From Minisyncoccota bacterium (GTDB lineage Bacteria > Patescibacteriota > Minisyncoccia > Phycocordibacterales > SBAW01), in NCBI GenBank assembly GCA_035548815.1, contig DASZSF010000005.1, forward strand, positions 115,741-179,740: a DNA stretch of 64,000 bases, written 5' to 3'. The notes under the pieces were generated by a model. That model made no database searches and was not told where the DNA came from. It saw only the letters and a list, made by a program, of their open reading frames with translations. Shown here piece after piece: positions 56,701 to 64,000 of the stretch. The number at the start of each line of letters is the position of its first letter. Within the stretch, counting starts at the first letter, position 1. The position numbers and the translations under genes are program-made.

Positions 56701-58828
56701 TGCAACGGGCTTCGACAGCTTCACGGGCATCTCAGTGCGCGCCAACAGCGGTTCGCAGACTGGCAACTTGCAAGAATGGCAGGATTCGTCAGGCAATCCG
56801 CTGGTGGTTGTGGACCCGACGGGAAAGGTTGGCGTCGGTACCTCAACTCCTCACTGGAACCTCCAAGTCGCCGGCACGCGTCCGTCATTCGCGCTCTCAG
56901 ACACATCGGCAGGCACAAACTTGAAACACTGGGTCTTCTCATCGATGGGCGGCAACCTCTACATCGGTACCTCAACCGATGCGTTCGGCACGTCGAGCCC
57001 TGCAGTCTTCTCAATCTCAAGCACGGGTTCAACGACTGCAGCAAACGGCATCAACATCAACAACGGCTGCTTTGCTATCAAAGGTGCGTGTATCGGCTAC
57101 ACGGTGAAGCTTGCAGCTGTATATGCGACTTCGACTGCGGGTACGAATGCAACAGTCCAGTTCACCGGCGCACCAGGCAGTGCTCCGAGCTTTGCTACAG
57201 GGGCGCCGGGCACGCTCACCCTTCCATCCAACACCTCATATATTGTTGTTGAAACCCGCGGTGGTGGTGGCGGTGGTGGTAACAACGGTAGCACGAGCGC
57301 AATCAAAGCAGCCGGCGGCGGCGGCCAAGGTGGATACTCGCGCGCACTTATCAAAGCGCCTACCGGCACCTACAAGTACACCGTTGGCTTGGGCGGCGCT
57401 GGCGGTACAGGTACCGGAGCAGTAACAGGCACCGCAGGCGGCGCAAGCTGCTTTGGCACTAACGCAACCGCATGTACGTCGTCTTCAGTGCAAGCAGCGG
57501 GCGGTTCAGGAGGCGTTGGAACTAACTCTGCAGGAGCAATTTCAGGGGGCGCTGGCGGTTCGTCGGCAGCGGTAGGTACTGTCGGTGATTACGAAGAAGA
57601 CGGTGCTCCCGGAGGTGACAGCAGTGCAGCAACAAACGGTATCCAAAGCGGTGCCGGAGGCGGCCAAGGCGGAGGTCTCGGACGCACTACTTCAGGCAAT
57701 GGTAACCCTGGTATAAACGGCGGCGGCGGCTCAGGCGGCTTGCTTACAGCAGCAGCTGCTACACAAGAAACCGGCGGCAAGGGCGGCGACGGCGTCCTTA
57801 TCATATCCGTCTACGCAACGTCGTCTGCAAACGCAACAGGCAACGACTATGCTGAAATGTTCCCAGTTTCCGACTCGTCAATTTCTTCAGGCGACATCGT
57901 CGCAGTCGACAACACGACTCCAGTTTCGATGCGCATGGCACGAGGAGGCGAGCATGCGTCGCTTGCAGGCATCGTCTCAACTGCACCAGGCCAGATCCTT
58001 GGCGATGCGTCAGCACCAGGTCAAAAACCGATCGCGTTCTCTGGTCGCGTTCCGACCAAGGTCAACCTGGAGAACGGTCCTATTCATGTCGGTGACCGCA
58101 TCGCGCCGTCATTCGTTGCTGGGGTTGGTAAGAAGGCGGGTCCTCTGGATGACTCGGTCGGTATCGCGCTTGAAGCATACGATGGCACATCTGATTCCAA
58201 TCAGATATTGGTATTCCTCGATCTTCACCAAGGTATTGATATAAGCTCGCTTGCAGGACAGCTCTTCTCGTCCGAAGTGCTTCAGAATATATCAAGCTCT
58301 CTCCCTATTGATTCGACATCAACTTCTGCATCGATGCTCATGGGTACGACTAGCCCTGAAACAGGCACGGACTTTGTTGGCGCCATCTTTGGCGCCATCA
58401 TCGCTCGCATGCAAAACTTCGGGATCTTTATTACAAAAACGGCAACCCACATCACGACCCTTATGGTGAGTCACTTTACGGTCGGCTCGTCTGATGCGCC
58501 TGAAGGGATCACCATTTACGACAGACAAGGCCGCGCAGGGTGTCTTATTGCTGATGATGTAACAACAGGCAAGATGCAATTGCTTGAAGGCATGTGCGGT
58601 ACACAAACCGCGAGCGTAGGAAATGCTACATTGCAAGATGGCGGAGGAAATGACAACGATACTGGCACCAGCACGCCTGCTGTGGAGCCTATTGGCCAAA
58701 ACAGCAGCGACACCGCTACGAGCACGTCTTCTGATATAGGCGCTGGAAGCGACGAGCCTGCGACACCAGACACTCCAAGCGACACGGGCAACTCTGACAT
58801 GGCATCATCAACTGACACCGGAGTCTAG
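53795..58828 (+). CDS. Giant fibre-like surface protein/adhesin
   Basis: Signal peptide, ISYQGRL, repeated GIGTTSP-type units, C1q-like block, Gly-rich block, DYAEMF...GRVP.KV chaperone-like domain. Confidence 0.8.
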   Translation: MPFSFLQPTKNTVPHAGRSLLYKGIILVLMCALTCSSFSIPARAAGAPPTIISYQGRLTDGSGNLLGDLGTTYYLKFSIWDSPTVGAGNRVWPTTTSVATTSVTVTQGLFTVNIGDTANGYPTALNLNVANNTQLYLQVEVSADNNSSETLSPRQQLTSSVFSLLSSAVVGTTTPSLFGTTTPIGSSFITAQATSATSIPLTLAGTSGQTANLFQVLNNSLSNLFSISSNGTVTFATLTSGLHAASPSGAVYSAATSSLSLSGPFSGFASLGALVGGSNSTITWTGLATTSQPSSSNLLVSNGGAGVYGVATSTLTASSPLTGSFTVLGSGGSLGCQTANGSQAGCLSSADWTTFNSKSSFAYPFNIAGNATSTLTQFNGGLTAYASTTIGNGGQGSGLTINGGATTTGNAYVNGNLTVGTTGALVASAGNIVHQVGNFQFYNSTIVVPSGASIIPSNNIRTFTFYGNPTYSTGNGLDFTAGDPGNAVTVSASTNYGSPDMNVSIAFLPKGAGNIGIATSSPFAKLSVAGSAYIGGNLTATGTLAVAGISTFSSNIGVGTTSPWKMLSVGTGTTGTFVIATSTAGCAQFSAFGELYSTGSNCGGGSLTGTTGQIPWFSGTNTAVGTSSLFLNSSTGNFGIGTTSPLAKLDVFGNVTLSGSSRYLNFGATSTAGIGSTGYGLRDNAGVLEFKNSGGSWQGVSSVATSGPAFSVDKNGTDQTISTATYTPLTWSHEIFDTNNNFDTGTGRFTPTVPGKYLIKLNVYCGAVSSCYAGIAKNGSALANIVSQTGSQGNVTIATAVAIVDMNGTTDYIVGDGYSDVSTTIVGTVINTNFSGALIAPVSAGTVNGTGSNGQITFWNSANSATGDADFVWDSTNSRLGIGTSSPWAKLSVVTDATTGPGSVVDASSITDGVGLRLEFNSSTMTTNGRVFSIVDKAFNSTFFEVNENGQTGIRTFGNLGSNFSSLTVATGFDSFTGISVRANSGSQTGNLQEWQDSSGNPLVVVDPTGKVGVGTSTPHWNLQVAGTRPSFALSDTSAGTNLKHWVFSSMGGNLYIGTSTDAFGTSSPAVFSISSTGSTTAANGININNGCFAIKGACIGYTVKLAAVYATSTAGTNATVQFTGAPGSAPSFATGAPGTLTLPSNTSYIVVETRGGGGGGGNNGSTSAIKAAGGGGQGGYSRALIKAPTGTYKYTVGLGGAGGTGTGAVTGTAGGASCFGTNATACTSSSVQAAGGSGGVGTNSAGAISGGAGGSSAAVGTVGDYEEDGAPGGDSSAATNGIQSGAGGGQGGGLGRTTSGNGNPGINGGGGSGGLLTAAAATQETGGKGGDGVLIISVYATSSANATGNDYAEMFPVSDSSISSGDIVAVDNTTPVSMRMARGGEHASLAGIVSTAPGQILGDASAPGQKPIAFSGRVPTKVNLENGPIHVGDRIAPSFVAGVGKKAGPLDDSVGIALEAYDGTSDSNQILVFLDLHQGIDISSLAGQLFSSEVLQNISSSLPIDSTSTSASMLMGTTSPETGTDFVGAIFGAIIARMQNFGIFITKTATHITTLMVSHFTVGSSDAPEGITIYDRQGRAGCLIADDVTTGKMQLLEGMCGTQTASVGNATLQDGGGNDNDTGTSTPAVEPIGQNSSDTATSTSSDIGAGSDEPATPDTPSDTGNSDMASSTDTGV

Positions 58829-59815
58829 TTACATGTTTTGGTATGCGAGCGATGATAGATCCTCGATAATTGAAAGAAGGGACTCAAAATTTGAACCTTG
58901 AGTCATGACGCAGATGATATATGGGTTCGGGTCTTTGTATACGATGCCACAGTCATGAAGTTCGCGGATTGGTCCTGCCGACGATATGGTTTCGCGTTCG
59001 CCAAATTTGTGAGATACGATCACATCTTGCGGCAGCAACGCAGCAAGTCCTTTAAAGGAAGAGCTGCTCATAAGCGAAAGTACCGCCTGCGATGAGTCGC
59101 GATTAAGGTACGAAGCATTATAAAGTATGCGCAGTATACCTGCATACGTCTTGGCGGTCATGTAGTCGACCGTATTTTGGTTGACAGGCAGCGTAATGCC
59201 AAGGTCGACGATTGTTTGCTTGAAAATATCTGGATTTATTTGTGACTGTAAAAGAGTTGCTGCGGCATTGTCCGAGTCTACCATCATCCGCGTAAGAAGA
59301 TCAGATACGGTGTAGGTGCCAGGGCTCAGTGTTTCTGGCGCTGCAAAGTGCTCTATATATTGTGACTTTGCGCCATTGTATGAAAGTTTTGCCGAAAATA
59401 TCGACGGGTCGAGGCTGCGTATTTTGTAGTAGGTGATAAGCAGTGGCAGCTTCATCAGCGAGGCTGGCGTATAGGTTTCGTTTTCGTTACTTGCTGCCCA
59501 CTGCTGGCTTACAAGATCACGAATGAAGATTGAAATGCGTTTTGCTTTGCCTTCTTTTACATACAGATCAGTTGTGGAATCGAGCAATATGTCGAGCGAA
59601 CGCAGACGTTCCGTCGTATCGTCGAGCGTGACACAGCCGATACTGCGACTGATAAGAGGATATTGGTCATGACAGTTATCGCGCGCACGTTTTGCAACGA
59701 CATAGGCGCGCGTGCCGGTTACGACATAGATAAAAAAAAGCAGACCGGCGCCGGCGACAACACCAAGCACGACATAGCGCCAATGAGACTTAATACCACG
59801 TGAGAACTCCTTCAT
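58829..59815 (-). CDS. Class A beta-lactamase-like serine hydrolase
   Basis: ASLMK (SxxK), SDN, HKFG; N-terminal TM. Confidence 0.88.
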   Translation of the reverse strand: MKEFSRGIKSHWRYVVLGVVAGAGLLFFIYVVTGTRAYVVAKRARDNCHDQYPLISRSIGCVTLDDTTERLRSLDILLDSTTDLYVKEGKAKRISIFIRDLVSQQWAASNENETYTPASLMKLPLLITYYKIRSLDPSIFSAKLSYNGAKSQYIEHFAAPETLSPGTYTVSDLLTRMMVDSDNAAATLLQSQINPDIFKQTIVDLGITLPVNQNTVDYMTAKTYAGILRILYNASYLNRDSSQAVLSLMSSSSFKGLAALLPQDVIVSHKFGERETISSAGPIRELHDCGIVYKDPNPYIICVMTQGSNFESLLSIIEDLSSLAYQNM

Positions 59816-59843
59816 TGGTCTTCAATATACTATACTGTTTAGT

Positions 59844-60890
59844 ATGTCGAGGTTGTTCTTTGCTCTATATATAGTGTTTGCGCTTGTTGCTACGTACACC
59901 GCGAGCGTCCCAGCATATGCGGATGTAACTTCAACGCACTATAGAATTGAAAATCCAACAATTAGTCCCGGCGGCACAGGTTCGTCAGCAAGCTACAAAC
60001 TTTCAGGCACGGCAGGCGAGACTGCGCACAATGGTGGGTCAGCTTCAAGTTATCGATTACAGCTCGGGTTCTTCTCGTTCCCGGTCGTAACAGCGCCGGT
60101 ACTATCGGTGCAGGTCGGAAATGCGAACGGCCGGGCGGATCTTTCGTGGAGCGCCGCCATTCCATATTTGGGATACACGGTTTCGGCGTATAAAGTCGGC
60201 TACGCAACCGCGTCGGGAGGACCCTACACATATATATCGGTAGGCAATGTGCTTGCGTACGATGTGGGGTCGCTGGTGAACGGTACGCCATACTACTTTA
60301 TTGTTACTGCGCTCGACAATGCGAGCATCACAATAGCGACCTCAAGCGAGGTGACCGCGACACCAGTGGCGCCGTCCCTTACATTTGTTATAGACTCAGG
60401 CACTCAAGCATTGCCAAACTTAACGCCAGGCACGCTCACGTCGACCTCGAGTATTTTGAGTATCAAAACGAATAACCCGACAGGCTTTGTCACGACCCTT
60501 GCACGTTCAAACGTAAATAACACGCTGTTATTAAACACGGATTCGAGCGTTGCGATACCCGACAAGACTGACTGGACTGCACCACCAGCCACGACGACAA
60601 ACGGCTCCGCATCGGCGTCAACAACCCAGCCTCTGACACTTCAATTCCGCCTATGGAAGGCTATGACCGATTCGGCAAACTATTCAACAAACTGGTGGGG
60701 AGCTGACGACACAACATCGGGTGCATTATTTGCGGGCATACCATCAACAACGCAAGCGATTTCGAATCGTTCAGTGTCAGCAGTGTCGACGACTACCACT
60801 CGTGTGTTGTATGACCTGAACGTTCCAAACAGCCAAAAGAACGGCACCTATAGCGGCGATGTTGTATATACCGTTACCGTCAATCCATGA
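59844..60890 (+). CDS. Secreted Fn3 + WxL-like protein
   Basis: LSW...Y.V.Y...L.NGTPYYF.VTA; C-terminal GTYSG.V.YT. Confidence 0.7.
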   Translation: MSRLFFALYIVFALVATYTASVPAYADVTSTHYRIENPTISPGGTGSSASYKLSGTAGETAHNGGSASSYRLQLGFFSFPVVTAPVLSVQVGNANGRADLSWSAAIPYLGYTVSAYKVGYATASGGPYTYISVGNVLAYDVGSLVNGTPYYFIVTALDNASITIATSSEVTATPVAPSLTFVIDSGTQALPNLTPGTLTSTSSILSIKTNNPTGFVTTLARSNVNNTLLLNTDSSVAIPDKTDWTAPPATTTNGSASASTTQPLTLQFRLWKAMTDSANYSTNWWGADDTTSGALFAGIPSTTQAISNRSVSAVSTTTTRVLYDLNVPNSQKNGTYSGDVVYTVTVNP

Positions 60891-60969
60891 TGACATATGG
60901 GGATAAGCAGAATGTGTGAAATAGCTTGTGATATATACTTAATAGGCGATTGAACGTAATGAAATTTTG

Positions 60970-61671
60970 ATGAACCCCTTTTCGATTTCTTTTTCATATG
61001 TGCATCGAATTGATAGGACAGACTTTGCCAAGTCGTTTATAGCAACAGCGCTTCTTTTTGGCGTTTTCGTATTAGCCATTCAGGCGTACGCATCGACGGT
61101 AACCCTTTCAGTTGTAGTTCAAACCTCCCTTACCTTTACAAGTACGACCGACAACTTCACCACCATAACGCCAGGGACTCCCGTATACGCCACGACGACT
61201 CTTTCAGTGCTCACGAACGATTCAAGCGGTTATAACGTTACGCTTTCGGGCGACAATAAGAGCACGAGCAATAACAACTTGCAGCTATCGGGCAACACAT
61301 CGGTGCAGATCACCGACCAGACCGAATGGGTACCGAACGCTGCCACATCAAGTCCGGGCAATGCCGTCGCTGTTGCTAGCTTCACGAACTCGGGCAATGT
61401 ACTTGCATTCCGAGTCATGAGCGCTTCGTCGACAAATGGTGCGGGCTTCCTTTCGACGTCATGGTGGGGAACGGCCGACTACTCTTCCTCAAACTCGCTG
61501 TGGGCAGGTATTTCAAGCTCAACTGTAGCTCGTCGTATTGGCAATGCGGGCTCAGGCACGTATAGTTCATCTGCGCATTTAAACAGCGTTCAATACTACT
61601 TGAATGTCTCAAGCAGCCAACAGACCGGTACCTACAACGCACCTATTACCTATACCGCCACAGGCAATTAA
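60970..61671 (+). CDS. Secreted WxL-like/pilin-like protein
   Basis: Signal peptide, LSV.TN...GY.VTL, GTY.APITYTA; similar to the C-domain of the upstream gene. Confidence 0.65.
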   Translation: MNPFSISFSYVHRIDRTDFAKSFIATALLFGVFVLAIQAYASTVTLSVVVQTSLTFTSTTDNFTTITPGTPVYATTTLSVLTNDSSGYNVTLSGDNKSTSNNNLQLSGNTSVQITDQTEWVPNAATSSPGNAVAVASFTNSGNVLAFRVMSASSTNGAGFLSTSWWGTADYSSSNSLWAGISSSTVARRIGNAGSGTYSSSAHLNSVQYYLNVSSSQQTGTYNAPITYTATGN

Positions 61672-61675
61672 CGCT

Positions 61676-62587
61676 ATGGTACTGCGGCGACTGGCATATA
61701 TAACCGCTACAGGCGTCGCCCTCCTTCTATATGGATTTTCATTTGTGCCTGCGCTTGCAGCAACGGGCCTTTCTATACAACCGGTCAAGATAGATCAAAC
61801 ACTTAACCCAGGCGACGTGCTCGATGGCAGCATTTTGCTTTCCAATGCAAGCGATGGTCCGGTAAATGTTGAACTGAGCCTACAGGATTTCGTGCCCACA
61901 GCGGGAGCTGATGGTATTCAGTTCATCGGCCGCACGGAGGGAGTGACGAGTGTCATCGATTGGATCCATGTCGAGACCAAACCAACGTTCTCTCTGGATG
62001 TCGGCGAACAGATTAGCATCCCGTACACCATTACAGCGCCTCAAAATGCTGAACCAGGTAGCCACTTGGGAGTTATTTTGTTCAAAGCTGCACCAAAAAA
62101 CGCTGTGGCAGGCAGTCTTAAGGTTGGTACGCAGGTTGGAACGCTTGTAATGATCGCAATTCCGGGCAACCACCTTGAAAAAGGAAATATACTCGACTTT
62201 ACAGTGCCTCTATTTTCTCAAAAAGGGCCGATCCCATTTGATATAAAATTCCAAAACACCGGCACCGTCCATTTCGAGCCGAAAGGATCGATTGTCATCC
62301 GCAATATGTTTGGGCAGAAGGCTGGCGAAGTGCCCATTACTGGTCAAGTTGCACTTCCAACGAGCGTAAAAGAACTTAAATTCGCATGGAATCCGGGAGC
62401 GTTTGCGCTTGGGCGTTACACTGCGAGCGCAACTATCTACGACGGCGAAGGAGATGCGCTTACGTCCCGTGAAGTGAGTTTCTACGTAGTTCCTGTGTGG
62501 TATATCATCGGATTCCTCGTAGTAATTACATTGATCTACCTCCTCTTGCGCTACCTCAAACGACACGTACGTCTGACCTTGCAATAG
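61676..62587 (+). CDS. DUF916-like (WxL-interacting/chaperone-like) membrane-anchored protein
   Basis: LSIQP......PG, I.AP.NAEPG.H.G.I.F, N.G.VH..P.G, C-terminal TM. Confidence 0.7.
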   Translation: MVLRRLAYITATGVALLLYGFSFVPALAATGLSIQPVKIDQTLNPGDVLDGSILLSNASDGPVNVELSLQDFVPTAGADGIQFIGRTEGVTSVIDWIHVETKPTFSLDVGEQISIPYTITAPQNAEPGSHLGVILFKAAPKNAVAGSLKVGTQVGTLVMIAIPGNHLEKGNILDFTVPLFSQKGPIPFDIKFQNTGTVHFEPKGSIVIRNMFGQKAGEVPITGQVALPTSVKELKFAWNPGAFALGRYTASATIYDGEGDALTSREVSFYVVPVWYIIGFLVVITLIYLLLRYLKRHVRLTLQ

Positions 62588-62593
62588 ACTGCC

Positions 62594-63181
62594 ATGAATG
62601 GCCCACGCCTTGGCACAGCAATTCTTATTGGTCTGGCATTATGCCTCATGGCATATGGATTTCGCATCATTACAGCGACGGGCACTGTTGATGTTCGGCA
62701 TCTATTGTCGGCCACCGATATGCTGGTGGTATATGTATCTAACCCAAGCTGTGAAGCAAATGCAGGAACCGTGTGCCAGTCAGATCAAAACATGTGTGGG
62801 CAGATCAATTCAGGAATCTTTTTGTGCGACGGGACATGCTCGGCAGTGACTCCGCCTGATTCGCAGTGTCCGGTTGAACCTCCACCAAACACTGGAGGTG
62901 GCGGAGGCGGGGGTGGCGGAGGCCCGATAGTTGCCGTCACACCTCCTACGCCTACTCCTATGACGCCCGAAGATGAAACAGCGCTTCGGTGCACTGAGCG
63001 AAGAAAAATCGGCGACTTTAACTGCAGCGGCAGGGTAGACATACAGGACTTCAGCATCCTTGCATATTGGTTTAAACGACCGCTTACAGACCTGGCATAT
63101 GCGACGGGGGTGGACTTAAATCATGACCAAAAAGCGACTCTCGCGGATTTCAGCATCCTCGCATATTATTGGGGGAAATAG
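62594..63181 (+). CDS. Dockerin-type domain protein
   Basis: GDFNCSGRVDIQDFSIL..W and DLNHD....LADFSILAYYW duplicated repeats. Confidence 0.8.
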   Translation: MNGPRLGTAILIGLALCLMAYGFRIITATGTVDVRHLLSATDMLVVYVSNPSCEANAGTVCQSDQNMCGQINSGIFLCDGTCSAVTPPDSQCPVEPPPNTGGGGGGGGGGPIVAVTPPTPTPMTPEDETALRCTERRKIGDFNCSGRVDIQDFSILAYWFKRPLTDLAYATGVDLNHDQKATLADFSILAYYWGK

Positions 63182-63184
63182 AGT

Positions 63185-63736
63185 ATGAAGATATACAGCA
63201 TTTTTGCCACCGTTGCGCTATTCATTCCCGCCGTTGCGTCTGCGGCGACGCTTTCGTTTGATCCGCCTCATGCGCATGTGAAAGCAGGGGACGCTATTTC
63301 GTTTAGCGTTATGTTGAGCGCAGACGACAGTATTAATGCTGTAGGAACTGCGGTGCAGGTCCCTGCGGGACTCTCATTTATTTCCTCTTCCAAGGGAAAT
63401 GTATTTACGCAATGGGTAGAAACTCCCAGTTTTGATGCGAAGACGAGCACTGTTGAATTTTCGGGGATAATGACAGGAGGTTGGACAGGCAAAGACCAAG
63501 TGCTCGCAACTATTACCCTGAAGGCACAGCAGGATGGGGACTATACGCTTGTGTATGACCCTTCGCAGACAGAATTGTATAAGAACGATGGAAAGGCGAC
63601 TCCGGATACGGTGACGTTCGGCACTATAGCGACACCCCTTGCGGGCCGTGTACTTCTTGGCTTGGTCGCTGCGTTCGCCGCCGTACTCTTGTTCTTCTTA
63701 CTGCTGCGACGAAAAGTAATGGTACGATTTGTCTAA
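63185..63736 (+). CDS. Cohesin-domain protein with C-terminal TM
   Basis: ATLSF.P.....GD..., INAV, W...P, F.G, NDG. Confidence 0.7.
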   Translation: MKIYSIFATVALFIPAVASAATLSFDPPHAHVKAGDAISFSVMLSADDSINAVGTAVQVPAGLSFISSSKGNVFTQWVETPSFDAKTSTVEFSGIMTGGWTGKDQVLATITLKAQQDGDYTLVYDPSQTELYKNDGKATPDTVTFGTIATPLAGRVLLGLVAAFAAVLLFFLLLRRKVMVRFV

Positions 63737-64000
63737 TGCGATTTCTTCGGCATGCCTGTTTTTGTCTTGTGTTGCTGCTGGCACTGCCAGTTGCGGCACA
63801 CGCTGCAACGCTGACGTTTGGCGGCCCTGTTCAGGTGATGGTCGGCGACATGGTGAGCGTGCCGGTATTGCTTTCAACTTCCGGAAGTGAGAGCGCGAAT
63901 GCCGTCTCTGCAACCATTAGCTACTCGACCAACCTGCTGACACTCGTCTCTATTTCCAAAGCTCAAAGTATTATCACGCTGTGGGCTCAAGAGCCCACTA
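63736..64000 (+). CDS. Cohesin-domain protein, 3'-truncated by window edge
   Basis: MRFLRH...AHAATLTF...V.VGD.VSV.V......SANAVSATISY...L.LVSISK..SIITLWAQEP. Confidence 0.7.
   Translation, partial: MRFLRHACFCLVLLLALPVAAHAATLTFGGPVQVMVGDMVSVPVLLSTSGSESANAVSATISYSTNLLTLVSISKAQSIITLWAQEPT

Noticed and set aside
54199-58818. Multiple alternative-frame ORFs within the giant adhesin
   Set aside because: By-products of Gly/Thr/Ser-rich low-complexity codon usage
58829-59815. Bona fide antibiotic-resistance beta-lactamase
   Set aside because: Membrane-anchored, KFG instead of KTG, no clear omega-loop ExxLN; more likely a wall-active serine hydrolase

Overview
64 kb of bacterial chromosome, most likely a Patescibacteria/CPR (Parcubacteria-like) genome. 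This is inferred from the rnj-ABC substrate-binding protein-secG-groES/EL synteny, class F sortases, cohesin/dockerin surface proteins and core genes without Shine-Dalgarno (SD) motifs. 1-32 kb holds housekeeping and stress genes (RND pump, two sortase F + LPxTG-type substrate pairs, DEAD helicase, PadR/PspC, LexA, Csp, MsrB, Fur/ZIP/CooC-like, MutY-like, RNase J, GroESL). Scattered among them are stand-alone orphan genes, most with GC-rich codon usage, that do carry canonical SD motifs. tRNA-Ser(GGA) at 32142 is followed by a ~19 kb island: DUF4238 pair, large serine recombinase, CsoR-controlled copper-resistance cargo, a structured RNA leader, and a capsid-less terminase/ParB-methylase/mini-sigma module. 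52-64 kb is a cell-surface cluster (G1 peptidase, ~1680-aa fibre-like adhesin, WxL-like/DUF916-like proteins, dockerin, cohesins). Best candidates for new biology: (1) a tRNA-like RNA at 23034-23102 with an adjacent, apparently separately transcribed 24-nt antisense sRNA; (2) a C4/CI-like switchable RNA at 45434-45576; (3) two classes of translation signal (leaderless or SD-less core genes versus SD-bearing orphans); (4) the capsid-less terminase-recombinase island. All family calls are from motif recognition by eye; no database searches were run.
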